Positions 1-9,993 of a DNA stretch of 64,000 nucleotides are shown here, one piece after another. Made by a program: the position numbers and the translations under genes. The notes beneath the pieces are model-generated. The model saw nothing but the letters and a program-made list of their open reading frames with translations. It had not been told where the DNA came from and made no database searches. Within the stretch, counting starts at the first letter, position 1; the number at the start of each line of letters is the position of its first letter. The stretch spans positions 6,868-70,867 of the forward strand of contig JBDHAS010000023.1 in assembly GCA_039588015.1 (NCBI GenBank). The letters are read 5' to 3'. Origin of the DNA: Gemmatimonadota bacterium. GTDB lineage: Bacteria > Gemmatimonadota > Gemmatimonadetes > Palauibacterales > KS3-K002.

Positions 1-58
1 CGTCGTCGAGAACGACATTGTCACTGAACGCCTTGCTGAGGCCAACGATGTCTATCAT
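1..58 (-). CDS. ABC transporter ATP-binding protein, first 19 codons only (MlaF-like, truncated by window edge)
   Basis: The reverse strand reads AAGGAG, a spacer, then ATG (58..56) followed by MIDIVGLSKAFSDNVVLDD. This is the usual N-terminus of an ABC ATPase. It lies 70 nt downstream of the mlaE-like stop. It is absent from the ORF track because it is truncated. Confidence 0.45.
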   Translation of the reverse strand, partial: MIDIVGLSKAFSDNVVLDD

Positions 59-128
59 TGCAGGAACTCACTCCTTCATTCTTGTCCACGCTGCCCAAGG
101 ACAGGGTGCGCGAACGCAAGTACTCCTG

Positions 129-953
129 TTATCCAAAGGCTTTCAGCAACCGCGCCAGAATGGCGTCCCAGAACATGATGGTCACGGTGCCCGTCACGAC
201 GACCGATGTCGTCGTGCGGCCTACACCCTCCGCTCCGCCGCTGGCCTTCAAGCCGATATAACACCCGATGAAGGTGATGGTTGCACCGAATACGGCCGCC
301 TTGATCAGCCCGAACCATAGCGCGAAATCGTGAAAATACGTGCGCACGCCGTAAATGAACTCAGCGCTGGTGATCGGAAGCGTCAGGATGGCCCCGAGCC
401 AGCCGGCGCCGATGCCGATGAAGTCGGCCACGACCACGAGTGGTGGCAGCATCAGGGTTCCGGCCACTACGCGGGGGACCACGAGCTGCTCGACAGGGTC
501 CCGCCCGACGGCGCGCAGCGCATCGACCTGTTCGGTCACGACCATCGTGCCCAACTCCGCGCCGATGCGGGCGCCAATGCGTCCGACCAACACGAGAGCC
601 GTGACCAGCGGGCCAAGTTCGGTCAGAACACTGGCCGCGACCACGCTGCCGACGATCCAGATCGGAACGGTGCCGGTGAACTGGTAGCCGCTTTGCTGGG
701 ATGTGACGGCGCCCGACAATGCTGCGACGAGTATGACGACTGGGAGGCTACTGATTCCCATGTCGTACATCTGCGTCAGCAGGGCGCGATAGTAACGCTG
801 CGGCCGGGCCAGCGCGACGACAAACTGGCCGGCGAGCGTGGCGCTGCCCGCCGCGTGTTGCAGCGCCAACACGACGCCGGCACCCAGAGCCTCGGGTATC
901 CGACTCAGAATGTTGCCAGGCTTGATCGGCGTTCGTGTTACTGTATCGGGCAT
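129..953 (-). CDS. mlaE: MlaE/Ttg2B-family ABC transporter permease (lipid asymmetry maintenance type)
   Basis: 274-aa ORF. It is multi-TM, and the conserved GPLVTALVLVGRIGARIGAELGTMVVTEQVDALRAVG block is typical of the MlaE family. Confidence 0.85.
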   Translation of the reverse strand: MPDTVTRTPIKPGNILSRIPEALGAGVVLALQHAAGSATLAGQFVVALARPQRYYRALLTQMYDMGISSLPVVILVAALSGAVTSQQSGYQFTGTVPIWIVGSVVAASVLTELGPLVTALVLVGRIGARIGAELGTMVVTEQVDALRAVGRDPVEQLVVPRVVAGTLMLPPLVVVADFIGIGAGWLGAILTLPITSAEFIYGVRTYFHDFALWFGLIKAAVFGATITFIGCYIGLKASGGAEGVGRTTTSVVVTGTVTIMFWDAILARLLKAFG

Positions 954-1084
954 TCTATGACTCTAGATCGGCTTCCGCCGCACCGGGGCCGAGATGGCAC
1001 TTGGCCGAGTATCCTCGCAGCCAACAAGAAATGACGTTATCGGGCCAAAACGAGGCTGATTATATCGAAAAACCGGGGTGATGC

Positions 1085-2701
1085 CTAGGGTTCAGGAGGG
1101 GCGACGAATTCCTCGATGAAGGGTTCGGGAGAGAGCCTTGACCCCGTGGACCGCTCTAAGAGAGCCTGCCAGTGAAGCGCAGCGCCGTGGGCGAACAACC
1201 GCTCGCGCAAGAACCCACCGAGCCGTTCACAGTCGACGTAGCCTGGCGTTCTCCCCGTGTCGATCTCTCGGCGCAGCGCGGAGCCGAGCTGAGATGCGAT
1301 CAGCTCGCCGAGCAGGTAGTTGTGGTAGTAGACTGGCGCGACTGCCAGGTGGATCTTGGCCGCCCAATCGGGCGAATCTCGGCCCTCCGGTCGTATCACA
1401 GCTTGAAGCTCTTCCGCCAGGTCCCACCAGTATGCGTCAAGGTCTTCTCGGTCCGGGTTCGCATAGAGCTCTCGCTCGAAGTAGGTCATGACCAAAACCC
1501 AGCGTGCGGTTAGCAATTGCTCGAATCGTGAAGCCTCGGCGGCGCGAAGGCGCAGGCTCTCGCGATCGTGCAGCTGGGCGCCGGCGGCCTTTTCGAGCCA
1601 ATCCACGTCGTAGATCAAACGGTCCATGAACATGGCGATCGCTTCGGTCGTCGCTATGTGCGCCGGCTGCCGAAGCGTCCAGGGTAATTCACGGGGGATG
1701 AAGGTGTCGTAGGCCGCGTGTCCCAGTTCGTGAAGGAGAATCCCCATCCAACGATCATCATCCTTCACATTGCACAGGATCCGAACGTCGCCGTCGCGAT
1801 CGATGTCGGTGCAGAAAGCGTGCTGATCTTTGCCGGCTCGCTCGAACAGGTCGCTACGATCGAGCACGTCGCGGATCGGCAAACCGATCCCTTGGAAATA
1901 GCGTTCGGCGACGGCGACGACATCGCGCCCGCGGAAATGGGACTCGAGTCCCAACTCCTCGGCTAACGGCACTTCCTGGAAGAACGGGTCCTCGTAGTGC
2001 CAGGGGCGGAGAGCGTCGGGCTCGATGCCGTATCGGTCCGCCAGGCGTGCATCGACGGCTGCCTTCGCATCTCTGAAGGGTTCCTCCGTACGCCGCCTCA
2101 GGTCGGCGAAAACGGCGAAGAGCTCCTCTTCGTCGATCTCCTGCAGCTCGAGCTGCATGGCGTAGAAGTCGCGAAAACCGAGGGAGCGTGCCGCCTCGTT
2201 CCGTCTCTTGACCAACTCGAGAAGCGGGCCTGCCACGCGCGCCGCGATCTGCTTGGAGGCTTCCCAGGCTGCCCGCCGCCCTTCTTGCCCGCGTTCGCTA
2301 CGCAGGATGTGGAGGATTTCATTGTTGCTGACTTCGCAGCCGTCGATCCGGGAGCGAAAGTTGTAAAACTCCGCTTGGATCTCGTTGCTGCGCCTGACCA
2401 AGTCGTCGATCACATCCACCGGCAGTAGGTTTTGCCGGTGATAGAGGGCGAGCAGTTCGAGTTGGCGCCGGGAGAGCGGATCGAGGAGTTCTCGAGAGTT
2501 CAGGATCTCCTCAATCCGCCGATACCGGGACTCGGAGCTGAGGTACCTGCGTAGGCTTGCTTCGGACTCCGTGGCCTGCGCGATTACCTCGGCCGTACCG
2601 GTCGTACTTGCTTCCCAATGCGCCAAGTTGACCGCTGTGGTCAACTGCCTGAGTTCGGGCTCGACTGCGGCCAGGAACTCCCGCGCGACGGCTTCCATCA
2701 C
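1085..2701 (-). CDS. M2-like (ACE-like) zinc metallopeptidase, cytoplasmic
   Basis: 538-aa ORF with an HELGH (HEXXH) zinc motif. The motif is preceded by HAFCTDID..GDVRILCNV, resembling the ACE-family CHASAWDF..DFRIKQC..HHEMGH arrangement. The N-terminal NLAHWEASTTGT resembles the ACE N-terminal helix. The M3/M32 families are not excluded. Confidence 0.75.
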   Translation of the reverse strand: MMEAVAREFLAAVEPELRQLTTAVNLAHWEASTTGTAEVIAQATESEASLRRYLSSESRYRRIEEILNSRELLDPLSRRQLELLALYHRQNLLPVDVIDDLVRRSNEIQAEFYNFRSRIDGCEVSNNEILHILRSERGQEGRRAAWEASKQIAARVAGPLLELVKRRNEAARSLGFRDFYAMQLELQEIDEEELFAVFADLRRRTEEPFRDAKAAVDARLADRYGIEPDALRPWHYEDPFFQEVPLAEELGLESHFRGRDVVAVAERYFQGIGLPIRDVLDRSDLFERAGKDQHAFCTDIDRDGDVRILCNVKDDDRWMGILLHELGHAAYDTFIPRELPWTLRQPAHIATTEAIAMFMDRLIYDVDWLEKAAGAQLHDRESLRLRAAEASRFEQLLTARWVLVMTYFERELYANPDREDLDAYWWDLAEELQAVIRPEGRDSPDWAAKIHLAVAPVYYHNYLLGELIASQLGSALRREIDTGRTPGYVDCERLGGFLRERLFAHGAALHWQALLERSTGSRLSPEPFIEEFVAPPEP

Positions 2702-2716
2702 TCGAGCCCTTCGATC

Positions 2717-4093
2717 TTACTTCGCGAATGCCGTCGCAATCTCGTCGTAAACGTGCGTCATGATCTCAATGCCCTTGTGGTAAAGGTCGAGAGAGATCCA
2801 CTCATTCGGTGAATGGAGGTTGCACCCGGGTAGCGCGAAGCCGAGAAGCAACACCGGAGTTTCCAGGATTTGCTCTATCATCGGCACGATGGGGATCGAC
2901 CCACCCTCGCGGATGAAGAGCGGCGAACGCCCGAAGACGGTTTCGATGGCCGTCGAAGCGGCCTTGATAACCGGACCCTCGGGCTCCACGGCCCACGGCA
3001 TTGCGCCCGAGTGGAAATCGATCTCCATCTCCACCCCCTCCGGCTTCAGCGAGCGAACGTAGCTCTCGAAGGCCGCGCGTACGGCGTTGGGGTCCTGATT
3101 CGGCACCAATCGCATCGAGATTTTGGCCAACGACTTGGCGGGTATGATCGTCTTTGCCCCTTCACCGGTGTAGCCGGAGAGCAGTCCGTTCACATCTAGG
3201 GTGGGACGCGTCCAGATCCGCTCTATGAAGTGAACCCCGGCTTCGCCGTCACCGAGGGCTGGAGCGCCCGTCTCTTGCCGGAGGTCTGCTTCGGTGAGAG
3301 GGAGTTCCGCGTATGCCTTCTTCTCAGCCGGGCTCGGATCCTTCACCGCGTCGTAGAAGCCCGGGACGGTGATTCGGCCGCTCTCATCCTTGAGCGTTGC
3401 GATAATATCAGCCAGCGCGTTCGCAGGATTGACGACGCTGCCGCCGTATTGGCCCGAGTGTAGGTCCTGGCTTGGCCCGCTCAGGCGGACTTCCATGTAG
3501 ACCATGCCGCGCAGGCCTACCGTGATGCTCGGATGCTCGGGCGAGAGCATTGGCGTGTCCGAGATCACGGCCGCGTCGCACGCCAGCTTGTCGACGTTGC
3601 TCTTGATGAATTCCTCGAGGTTGACGCTGCCTACTTCTTCTTCGCCCTCGATCAGAAACTTCAAGTTCACCGGCGGCGTGCCCTTCCCTTCCCGATACGC
3701 CTCCAACGCCTTGATGTGGATGTGGACCTGACCTTTGTCATCGGCGCTGCCGCGAGCGTACATGTAGCCGCCGCGGACTGAAGCCTCGAACGGCGGTGTC
3801 TCCCACTCGTCCAGCGGCTCGACCGGCTGCACGTCGTAATGGCCGTAGACGAGCAGTGTCGGGGCATCAGGGCCGGCCTCCATGAGTTCGCCGTAGACGA
3901 CCGGATGGCCTGCGGTGGTGATGATATCGGCTGTCACTCCCTGCTCCTCCAGCTTCCCCTTCACCCACTCGGCGCAAACGAGCATGTCCTCCTTGTGCTC
4001 GGACCGGGCGCTCACGCTGGGAATGCTGAGGAACTCGGCTAGTTCGGCTTCGAAACGTTGTCGACTCTCTTTCAACACCGTCTCCACAGACAT
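2717..4093 (-). CDS. M20-family dipeptidase (ArgE/DapE/ACY1/CPG2 family)
   Basis: 458-aa ORF. The motifs LLVYGHYDVQP, RGSADDKGQ and IEGEEEVGS are characteristic of M20 metallopeptidases. Confidence 0.85.
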   Translation of the reverse strand: MSVETVLKESRQRFEAELAEFLSIPSVSARSEHKEDMLVCAEWVKGKLEEQGVTADIITTAGHPVVYGELMEAGPDAPTLLVYGHYDVQPVEPLDEWETPPFEASVRGGYMYARGSADDKGQVHIHIKALEAYREGKGTPPVNLKFLIEGEEEVGSVNLEEFIKSNVDKLACDAAVISDTPMLSPEHPSITVGLRGMVYMEVRLSGPSQDLHSGQYGGSVVNPANALADIIATLKDESGRITVPGFYDAVKDPSPAEKKAYAELPLTEADLRQETGAPALGDGEAGVHFIERIWTRPTLDVNGLLSGYTGEGAKTIIPAKSLAKISMRLVPNQDPNAVRAAFESYVRSLKPEGVEMEIDFHSGAMPWAVEPEGPVIKAASTAIETVFGRSPLFIREGGSIPIVPMIEQILETPVLLLGFALPGCNLHSPNEWISLDLYHKGIEIMTHVYDEIATAFAK

Positions 4094-4246
4094 GGTATCG
4101 CCTCTCCTACCTTAGGTTCTCGGGTTGGTGGACGGCTAAGATAGTCTGCTGATGCTGGGGCGGCTACACGGATCTTGGCAGCGGGAACGAGTGTCGGGAT
4201 TGACTATGCCGCCCTTCTAAAGGAGTACTCGGGCGCGGGCGACGTC

Positions 4247-4295
4247 GAGGATGAAGATGAGGATAAGGATGAGGATGAGGATGAAGATGAAGATG
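4247..4295. repeat. Imperfect GAK-GAT triplet repeat (16 triplets, GAG GAT GAA GAT GAG GAT AAG GAT ...)
   Basis: Read directly in the intergenic region between the M20 and PQQ-dehydrogenase genes. It is purine-rich on the plus strand. Confidence 0.6.
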
Positions 4296-4323
4296 GGTGG
4301 CGTTATTGGTAGGGGTTAGGATT

Positions 4324-4350
4324 GAGGGCACTAGGTGTTACCGTGCCCTC
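4324..4350 (-). terminator. Stem-loop downstream of the PQQ-dehydrogenase gene (possible terminator, no clear U-tract)
   Basis: Perfect 8-bp inverted repeat gagggcac (4324-4331) / gtgccctc (4343-4350) with an 11-nt loop. It lies about 30 nt past the minus-strand stop at 4381. Confidence 0.35.
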
Positions 4351-4380
4351 GATCCCGTTTGAGTATGGAAAGGCGAACCG

Positions 4381-5571
4381 TCAGCTCTTCACGATGCGGT
4401 AAACTCTCCCGCCGGCGGTCAAGATGTAGAGTTCCCCGTTGGCGTCTTCACCGAAGCTCGTGACGTTGTCCGATAGCTGCAGGGTCGACCAATCCTTCTG
4501 GTCGGCGGCCCCCCCGTTTGAGTGCCTGAAGCTCTTCACCCAGCCGGCGCAGTAATCGGAGTAGAAGTAGAGGCCGCGCGCTTCGGGAATTGCGCTGCCG
4601 TGATAGACGTAGCCTCCGACCACACTACCCGAGCAGTCGGGGTCGGCGGTGTGGGCGTACTCCAGCACCGGCTCGGTCAGTCCCGAGCGGTCACAATCAG
4701 ACGGCGGATTGTGGCACGACCGCCCCTCCGTGATGTCCCAGCCGAAGTTCACACCGCCGAAGCCGGTAACGGTGCTTTCGACGTTGACCTCCTCGATGTC
4801 GTTACTGCCGACGTCGCCGATATAGAGGTTGCCGGTTTCTCTGTCGAAGCTGAAGCGCCAGGGGTTCCTCATGCCGTAGTCCCAGATCTCGCTGCGCGCC
4901 TCCGGGTCGTCCACGAAGGGGTTGTCCTCGGGGATGGAGTATTGGCCATCGCCGCTGACATCGATGCGGAGCACCGCGCCGAGAAGATCGTCGAGGCTTT
5001 GACCGTAACCGCCGGTGTCTCCCCCGCCCGCGCCGTTGCCGTCGCCAAGACCGACGTAGAGGTAACCGTCGGGGCCGAATGCGATCATCCCGCCGTTGTT
5101 GTAGTCATCGGGCTGGACGACGGTCAGAAGGACGTCGGGCATCGGGTCGGCGACATCCGGGTCAGCCTCAGACGCCGTGAACCGCGCGATTCTCGAGTCG
5201 CCGCTCAGGTCGATGTAGCTGATATAGAAGCGGCGGTCGCTCGCGTAGTCCGGAGAGAAGGCCATCCCCAACAGCCCCTGTTCATCACCGGCGGAGACGC
5301 CGCCGCTCATGTCGAGGAAAGGAGTGTCGAGGAGTTGACCGTTCTTGATGATGCGAACAGTCCCGTTCTTCTCCAGAACGAATAGTCGGTCATGATCGCC
5401 GGGCGGCGAAGTCAGGAAGATGGGGAAGTCGAGGTTTGTGGCCACGACTTGCAAAGCCAAGGAGAATTCGACTGGGCCTGACGGCTCGTCGTCGTCGCAC
5501 CCGATGAGCGCGGCTCCAAGGCAAGCTATGAGCGCGAAAGGGAGATGCTTGAGGAATGGTGCTCTCGGCAT
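4381..5571 (-). CDS. PQQ-dependent sugar dehydrogenase (soluble glucose/sorbosone dehydrogenase family), lipoprotein
   Basis: 396-aa ORF. It has a lipobox LIACLGAALIGC and beta-propeller motifs GLLGMAFSPDY, HNGGMIAFGPDGYLYVGLGDG and NPWRFSFD. Confidence 0.8.
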   Translation of the reverse strand: MPRAPFLKHLPFALIACLGAALIGCDDDEPSGPVEFSLALQVVATNLDFPIFLTSPPGDHDRLFVLEKNGTVRIIKNGQLLDTPFLDMSGGVSAGDEQGLLGMAFSPDYASDRRFYISYIDLSGDSRIARFTASEADPDVADPMPDVLLTVVQPDDYNNGGMIAFGPDGYLYVGLGDGNGAGGGDTGGYGQSLDDLLGAVLRIDVSGDGQYSIPEDNPFVDDPEARSEIWDYGMRNPWRFSFDRETGNLYIGDVGSNDIEEVNVESTVTGFGGVNFGWDITEGRSCHNPPSDCDRSGLTEPVLEYAHTADPDCSGSVVGGYVYHGSAIPEARGLYFYSDYCAGWVKSFRHSNGGAADQKDWSTLQLSDNVTSFGEDANGELYILTAGGRVYRIVKS

Positions 5572-5759
5572 GGCTCAACTCCTGGTAGGTCTTACTGGGC
5601 GGGGGTGCTCGGACAACGGACTAAATGTAGCATTTTCGGCGGCGGAGGCCATGAGGAACCGCGCCGTAATCCTCTCTTGCTTCAACGGCCGGAGATCCCA
5701 AGTTTGCCCACACCCCAACCGGCCACAGCTTCCCGAACTCAGTCTTCTGGAGGGTAACG

Positions 5760-7952
5760 ATGAGACGATCAGCACGCGGTTGGTTATTCCTCTCGTTAAC
5801 AATAGCCCTTGCGGCATCGCTCAGCTGTTCCTCGGCGCAAGCCCCGGAGCCGGGGCCTTCTCCTGCCCCGCAAACGACACCGGAAGCGGACGCCGTGGAG
5901 GCTATCGAGGCTGAAGTACCGCCTGTCCTTACCGGGGTGGAGGCGGTGGAAGCCGCCGGTCTAGGGAAGATGTGGACCTTCGACAAGCCGCCGATCGACT
6001 ACCTCGAAGAGCGGTATGGGTTCACAGCCACGCCCGAGTGGCTCGAACACGTGAGGCTTGCCTCGCTGCGAACCGGCGGCTGCACCGCGTCCTTCGTTTC
6101 TCCGGATGGATTGGTGATGACCAACCACCACTGCGCGCGAGGCTGCATAGCGGCTGTCACACCCGAAGGCAGCGATTACATGCAGGACGGCTTCTACGCC
6201 GAGTCGCAGCAGGATGAGCTAGTTTGCCCCGGCATGTTCGTCGATCAGTTGATCGACATGGAGGACGTGACGGCGCGGGTCGATGCAGCTTCGCGCGCAG
6301 CCGCCTCGGAGGAAGAAGCGGCTAGTTTGAGGAACGCGGAAGCGACCCGGATCGACGAGGCTTGCGAAGCGGATAGCGGTCTCAGGTGCCAGGTCGTTTC
6401 TCTCTATCACGGCGGCATCTACTCGCTCTACAAATACAGACGCCGCACGGACGTGCGGTTGGTGTTCGCACCGGAGCACCAGGCAGCTGCCTTCGGCGGC
6501 GACCCGGACAACTTCACCTACCCGCGGCACGACTTGGACGTGACGTTTCTGCGCGCCTACGAGAACGGCGAGCCTGTGCAGCCCGAACACTATTTCAAGT
6601 GGAGCCAGTCCGGCGCTGCCGAGGGCGAGCCGGTCTTCGTGACCGGCAACCCAGGTACCACATTGCGCCTCAGCACGGTGGCGCAACTGGAATACTATAA
6701 GGACGCCTCGTATCCGCGCATCATCGAAAGTTACGTGCAGCGACTCGCGGTGCGGCGTGAGCTGGCGGCGAAGGATGAGGCCAGGGCTGTCAGCTACCGA
6801 AACGCGATCTTTGGACTGGAAAATTCTCTGAAGGCCTACACGGGCTTCCTCGGCGGCCTCAACGACCCAGAGCTGATGGCTGCGAAGAAGTCGTGGGAAA
6901 CGAGCTTCCGCGCCGCGGTGGCGGCCAAGCCGGAGTTGCAGAGCGAATATGGCGGCGCCTGGCAGGAGATTGCCCGCGTCAATCGCGAACTGATCGAGAT
7001 CGATGCGGAACGACGTTACACGACGTTCGCCTACTATCGATTGCTCACCATCGCTCGCGACATCGTCAGGTTGAACGCAGACATGGCGCGGCCGGGGGCG
7101 GATAGGGTGTACAGCGAAGAGGATGTCGCTGGATTGACAAGGAGAATTACTAGCCGGGCTCCCATCGACGTCGAATACGAGCGGCGGTTGCTGGCGCTGA
7201 TGCTTGCCCGGGCTCGCGAGGTCCTGGGAGCCGACCACCCGTGGGTGCAGGCGGCGTTGCTGGGCCGTGAGCCGGAAGCGGCTGCCCGCGCGATCTACAG
7301 CGGAACCGAGCTGACGGAGAATCAAGCGCGCCAGGCGTTGCTCGACGGCGGCCAAGCAGCCGTGGAAGCATCCCGGGATCCGGCAATCGTCTTCGCTCGA
7401 GCCGTCGATGCACGAGCTCGGGAGCTGGCTGGGCTGATCGCGGAGCTCAATGCCGTGGAGTCGGTGAACGAAGAGAAGGTGGCCGACGCGTTGTTCGCCG
7501 TTTATGGCACGGCCTTGCCGCCAGACGCCACCTTCACGCTGAGGCTTCAGGACGGGGTGGTCCAAGACTATCCCTACAACGGCACCAGGGCGCCCTACAA
7601 GACGACTCTTTATGGCTTGTACGACCGCGCCGAGTCATTCGACTACAAGCCGCCGTGGCACCTCCCGCCGCGATGGATCGAGCGCAAGGATCGGCTCGAT
7701 CTCTCGACACCGATCAACTTCGTGTCGACCAACGACATCGTCGGTGGCAATTCTGGCAGTCCGTTGATCAACCGCGACGCAGAGGTCGTCGGCTTGGCGT
7801 TCGATGGGAACATCGAGTCGCTTCCCGGCCGGTTTCGCTACTCGGACGAGGTCAATCGCTGCGTAGCGGTGCACTCGATGTACATCATCGAGGCTTTGAG
7901 AAAGGTGTATGATGCCGCCGCGTTGGCAGACGAGATCCAAGGTGTGAACTGA
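5760..7952 (+). CDS. S46-family dipeptidyl-peptidase (DPP7/DPP11/DAP BII type), secreted
   Basis: 730-aa ORF with a signal peptide. The catalytic-His context is LVMTNHHC and the catalytic-Ser context is GGNSGSPLINRDAEVVGLAFDGN. The long helical insert is typical of S46. Confidence 0.9.
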   Translation: MRRSARGWLFLSLTIALAASLSCSSAQAPEPGPSPAPQTTPEADAVEAIEAEVPPVLTGVEAVEAAGLGKMWTFDKPPIDYLEERYGFTATPEWLEHVRLASLRTGGCTASFVSPDGLVMTNHHCARGCIAAVTPEGSDYMQDGFYAESQQDELVCPGMFVDQLIDMEDVTARVDAASRAAASEEEAASLRNAEATRIDEACEADSGLRCQVVSLYHGGIYSLYKYRRRTDVRLVFAPEHQAAAFGGDPDNFTYPRHDLDVTFLRAYENGEPVQPEHYFKWSQSGAAEGEPVFVTGNPGTTLRLSTVAQLEYYKDASYPRIIESYVQRLAVRRELAAKDEARAVSYRNAIFGLENSLKAYTGFLGGLNDPELMAAKKSWETSFRAAVAAKPELQSEYGGAWQEIARVNRELIEIDAERRYTTFAYYRLLTIARDIVRLNADMARPGADRVYSEEDVAGLTRRITSRAPIDVEYERRLLALMLARAREVLGADHPWVQAALLGREPEAAARAIYSGTELTENQARQALLDGGQAAVEASRDPAIVFARAVDARARELAGLIAELNAVESVNEEKVADALFAVYGTALPPDATFTLRLQDGVVQDYPYNGTRAPYKTTLYGLYDRAESFDYKPPWHLPPRWIERKDRLDLSTPINFVSTNDIVGGNSGSPLINRDAEVVGLAFDGNIESLPGRFRYSDEVNRCVAVHSMYIIEALRKVYDAAALADEIQGVN

Positions 7953-7966
7953 CTCGAGGTCACCAC

Positions 7967-9946
7967 ATGGAAGAAGCGACCAAACCACGCAGGCTGTCGC
8001 CCAAGGCGTACGAAGAAGTTCCAGGCGACCAGTACGAACCGTACATCGCCCCGGACCTCGCTCCAAGGGAGTTCACGTTGCGTGCCGTCGTTGTCGGCGC
8101 GGTGTTCGGAGTCATGTTTGGGGCGGCGAACGCCTACCTGGGGCTCAGAGTAGGCCTCACGGTATCGACTTCGATTCCAATCGCTGTGATGACGGTCGCG
8201 ATTTTCCGCGCGCTGCAGGGCGTTTGGGGCCAGTCGACGATCCTCGAGCACAACATTTCGCAGACGGTTGGCTCTGCGTCGTCCAGTCAGGCGTCCGGGC
8301 TGATCTTCACGATTCCTGCTCTCTTCCTGTGGGGCTTCAGCCCCGGCGTCATCAAGCTGCTGGTCATTGCGTTGGGCGGCGGCCTCCTTGGCGTGTTGTT
8401 CATGATCCCGCTGCGTCGCTTCTTGATCAAGAACGAGCACGGCCGACTTCCGTACCCTGAGGGGACGGCGTGCGCTGAGGTACTGGTTGCCGCCGATGCC
8501 GGTGGCAGCCAGGCGAAGAATGTGTTCGTGGGGCTCGGGATCGGGGCGCTCTATCAGTGGCTCATGCGTGGGTTGGTGTTGTGGCCGCAGGACGTTTGGC
8601 AGAAAGTTCCCTTCCTGCCGAGAGGCGAAATCGGGATGCGGGTAAGCCCGGCACTGCTGGGAGTAGGCTATATCTTGGGTGCCCGCATTGGCTTGATCAT
8701 GGTTGGGGGCGGGGCCATCGCGTCGCTGATCATAATCCCCGGCATCGTGATTCTGTTCGGCGATGCCACAACGCCAATCTATCCTGAGACAGAGAAGCTT
8801 ATCTCGGAGATGAGCCGCGGCGAGCTGTGGCACCGCTACATTCGGTACTTGGGAGCGGGCGCCGTGGCCGCAGCGGGCATCACGACCTTGATTCGCTCCG
8901 CTCCGATGATCGTTGCCTCGTTCAAGGAGGGGCTCCGTGGGCTGCGCTCGCGAATGGAACGATCCACCGTCGCGGCGATCGTCAAGCGCACGGATGACGA
9001 CCTGCCTCTGAACTTCGTAATGATCGGTGTAGCCCTCATCGTTCTGTTGCTCGCGTTTCTCCCTCAGGTCTTCGGCGTGTTCGAGTTGTACGCCGCCAGA
9101 TTGCTGGGAGCGCTGCTGGTGGCAGTCTTCGCGTTCTTCTTCGTCACGGTGTCCAGTCGCATCGTCGGCCTGGTTGGCGTGACCTCGAACCCCACCTCCG
9201 GAATGACGATCGCCACGCTCTTGGGAACCAGCCTGGTCTTCTTGGGGCTCGGGTGGACCGATGATGTTGGGAAGGTCGCTGCGCTCTCCATCGGGGCCGT
9301 GGTTGCGATCGCGGCATCGATCGCGGGCGACACATCTCAGGACCTCAAGACCGGCTTCTTGTTGGGGGCCACGCCGAGGCGCCAGCAGACCGGCGAGCTG
9401 ATCGGAGTGCTCACGGCGGCGTTCTTCGTCTGCGCCAGCCTGCTCGCCTTGGAACAAGCGTACGGGTTCGGTGGGGAGGAGCTGCCGGCGCCCCAGGCGA
9501 ACATGATGATGCTGGTTATCGATGGTGTCTTGTCGCAGGAGATCCCCTGGGGGTTCGTACTCGTTGGCGTGGGACTCGCCTTGGTGGCGGAGATTTTCCG
9601 AATACCGTCGTTGCCGTTGGCGGTCGGCATTTATCTCCCGATCACTACTATGATGCCGATCTTCGTCGGTGGGATGATTCGGAAGGTTCTTGAGGACCGT
9701 GAGACGGATCCGGAATCGAAGCACAACGTTCGAGAGCAGGGGGTGCTGTACGCGTCCGGACTTGTCGGTGGTGTGGGAATCATGGGCGTCGCCATCGCCT
9801 TTTGGGCGGGCATCGTGGGCGAGATTCCTGAAGGCTTTGGATACGAATGGCTTGGCCCGTTCGCCAGGTTCTTGTCGCTGGCAGTGTTTGTACTGCTGGC
9901 CGTCCTGCTGGTAAAGGCAGCGCGGCGGCGGTTCAGTAACGCCTAA
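7967..9946 (+). CDS. OPT-family oligopeptide transporter
   Basis: 659-aa polytopic membrane ORF. The blocks GLTVSTSIPIAVM, SQDLKTGFLLGATPRRQQ and AVGIYLPI match the OPT superfamily. It lies 14 nt downstream of the S46 peptidase. Confidence 0.9.
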   Translation: MEEATKPRRLSPKAYEEVPGDQYEPYIAPDLAPREFTLRAVVVGAVFGVMFGAANAYLGLRVGLTVSTSIPIAVMTVAIFRALQGVWGQSTILEHNISQTVGSASSSQASGLIFTIPALFLWGFSPGVIKLLVIALGGGLLGVLFMIPLRRFLIKNEHGRLPYPEGTACAEVLVAADAGGSQAKNVFVGLGIGALYQWLMRGLVLWPQDVWQKVPFLPRGEIGMRVSPALLGVGYILGARIGLIMVGGGAIASLIIIPGIVILFGDATTPIYPETEKLISEMSRGELWHRYIRYLGAGAVAAAGITTLIRSAPMIVASFKEGLRGLRSRMERSTVAAIVKRTDDDLPLNFVMIGVALIVLLLAFLPQVFGVFELYAARLLGALLVAVFAFFFVTVSSRIVGLVGVTSNPTSGMTIATLLGTSLVFLGLGWTDDVGKVAALSIGAVVAIAASIAGDTSQDLKTGFLLGATPRRQQTGELIGVLTAAFFVCASLLALEQAYGFGGEELPAPQANMMMLVIDGVLSQEIPWGFVLVGVGLALVAEIFRIPSLPLAVGIYLPITTMMPIFVGGMIRKVLEDRETDPESKHNVREQGVLYASGLVGGVGIMGVAIAFWAGIVGEIPEGFGYEWLGPFARFLSLAVFVLLAVLLVKAARRRFSNA

Positions 9947-9993
9947 CGCGAGCGGCACTGCGGACTTGCTGTCCCATTGGTGGGACGCCTAAC

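Noticed and set aside
7838-9958. 706-aa ORF on the minus strand, the second-longest ORF in this part of the track
   Set aside because: It lies entirely antisense to the OPT transporter gene. Its composition is dominated by Arg/Gln/His/Asp/Pro with no hydrophobic core or motif. This is a typical shadow ORF of a GC-rich gene. The same reasoning applies to 6219..7565(-), 4522..5385(+), 330..1034(+), 16641..17495(-), 18008..18967(-), 13170..13943(+), 34944..35597(+), 36947..37486(-), 52660..53547(-), 53551..54291(-), 60579..61340(+) and 61856..62761(+).
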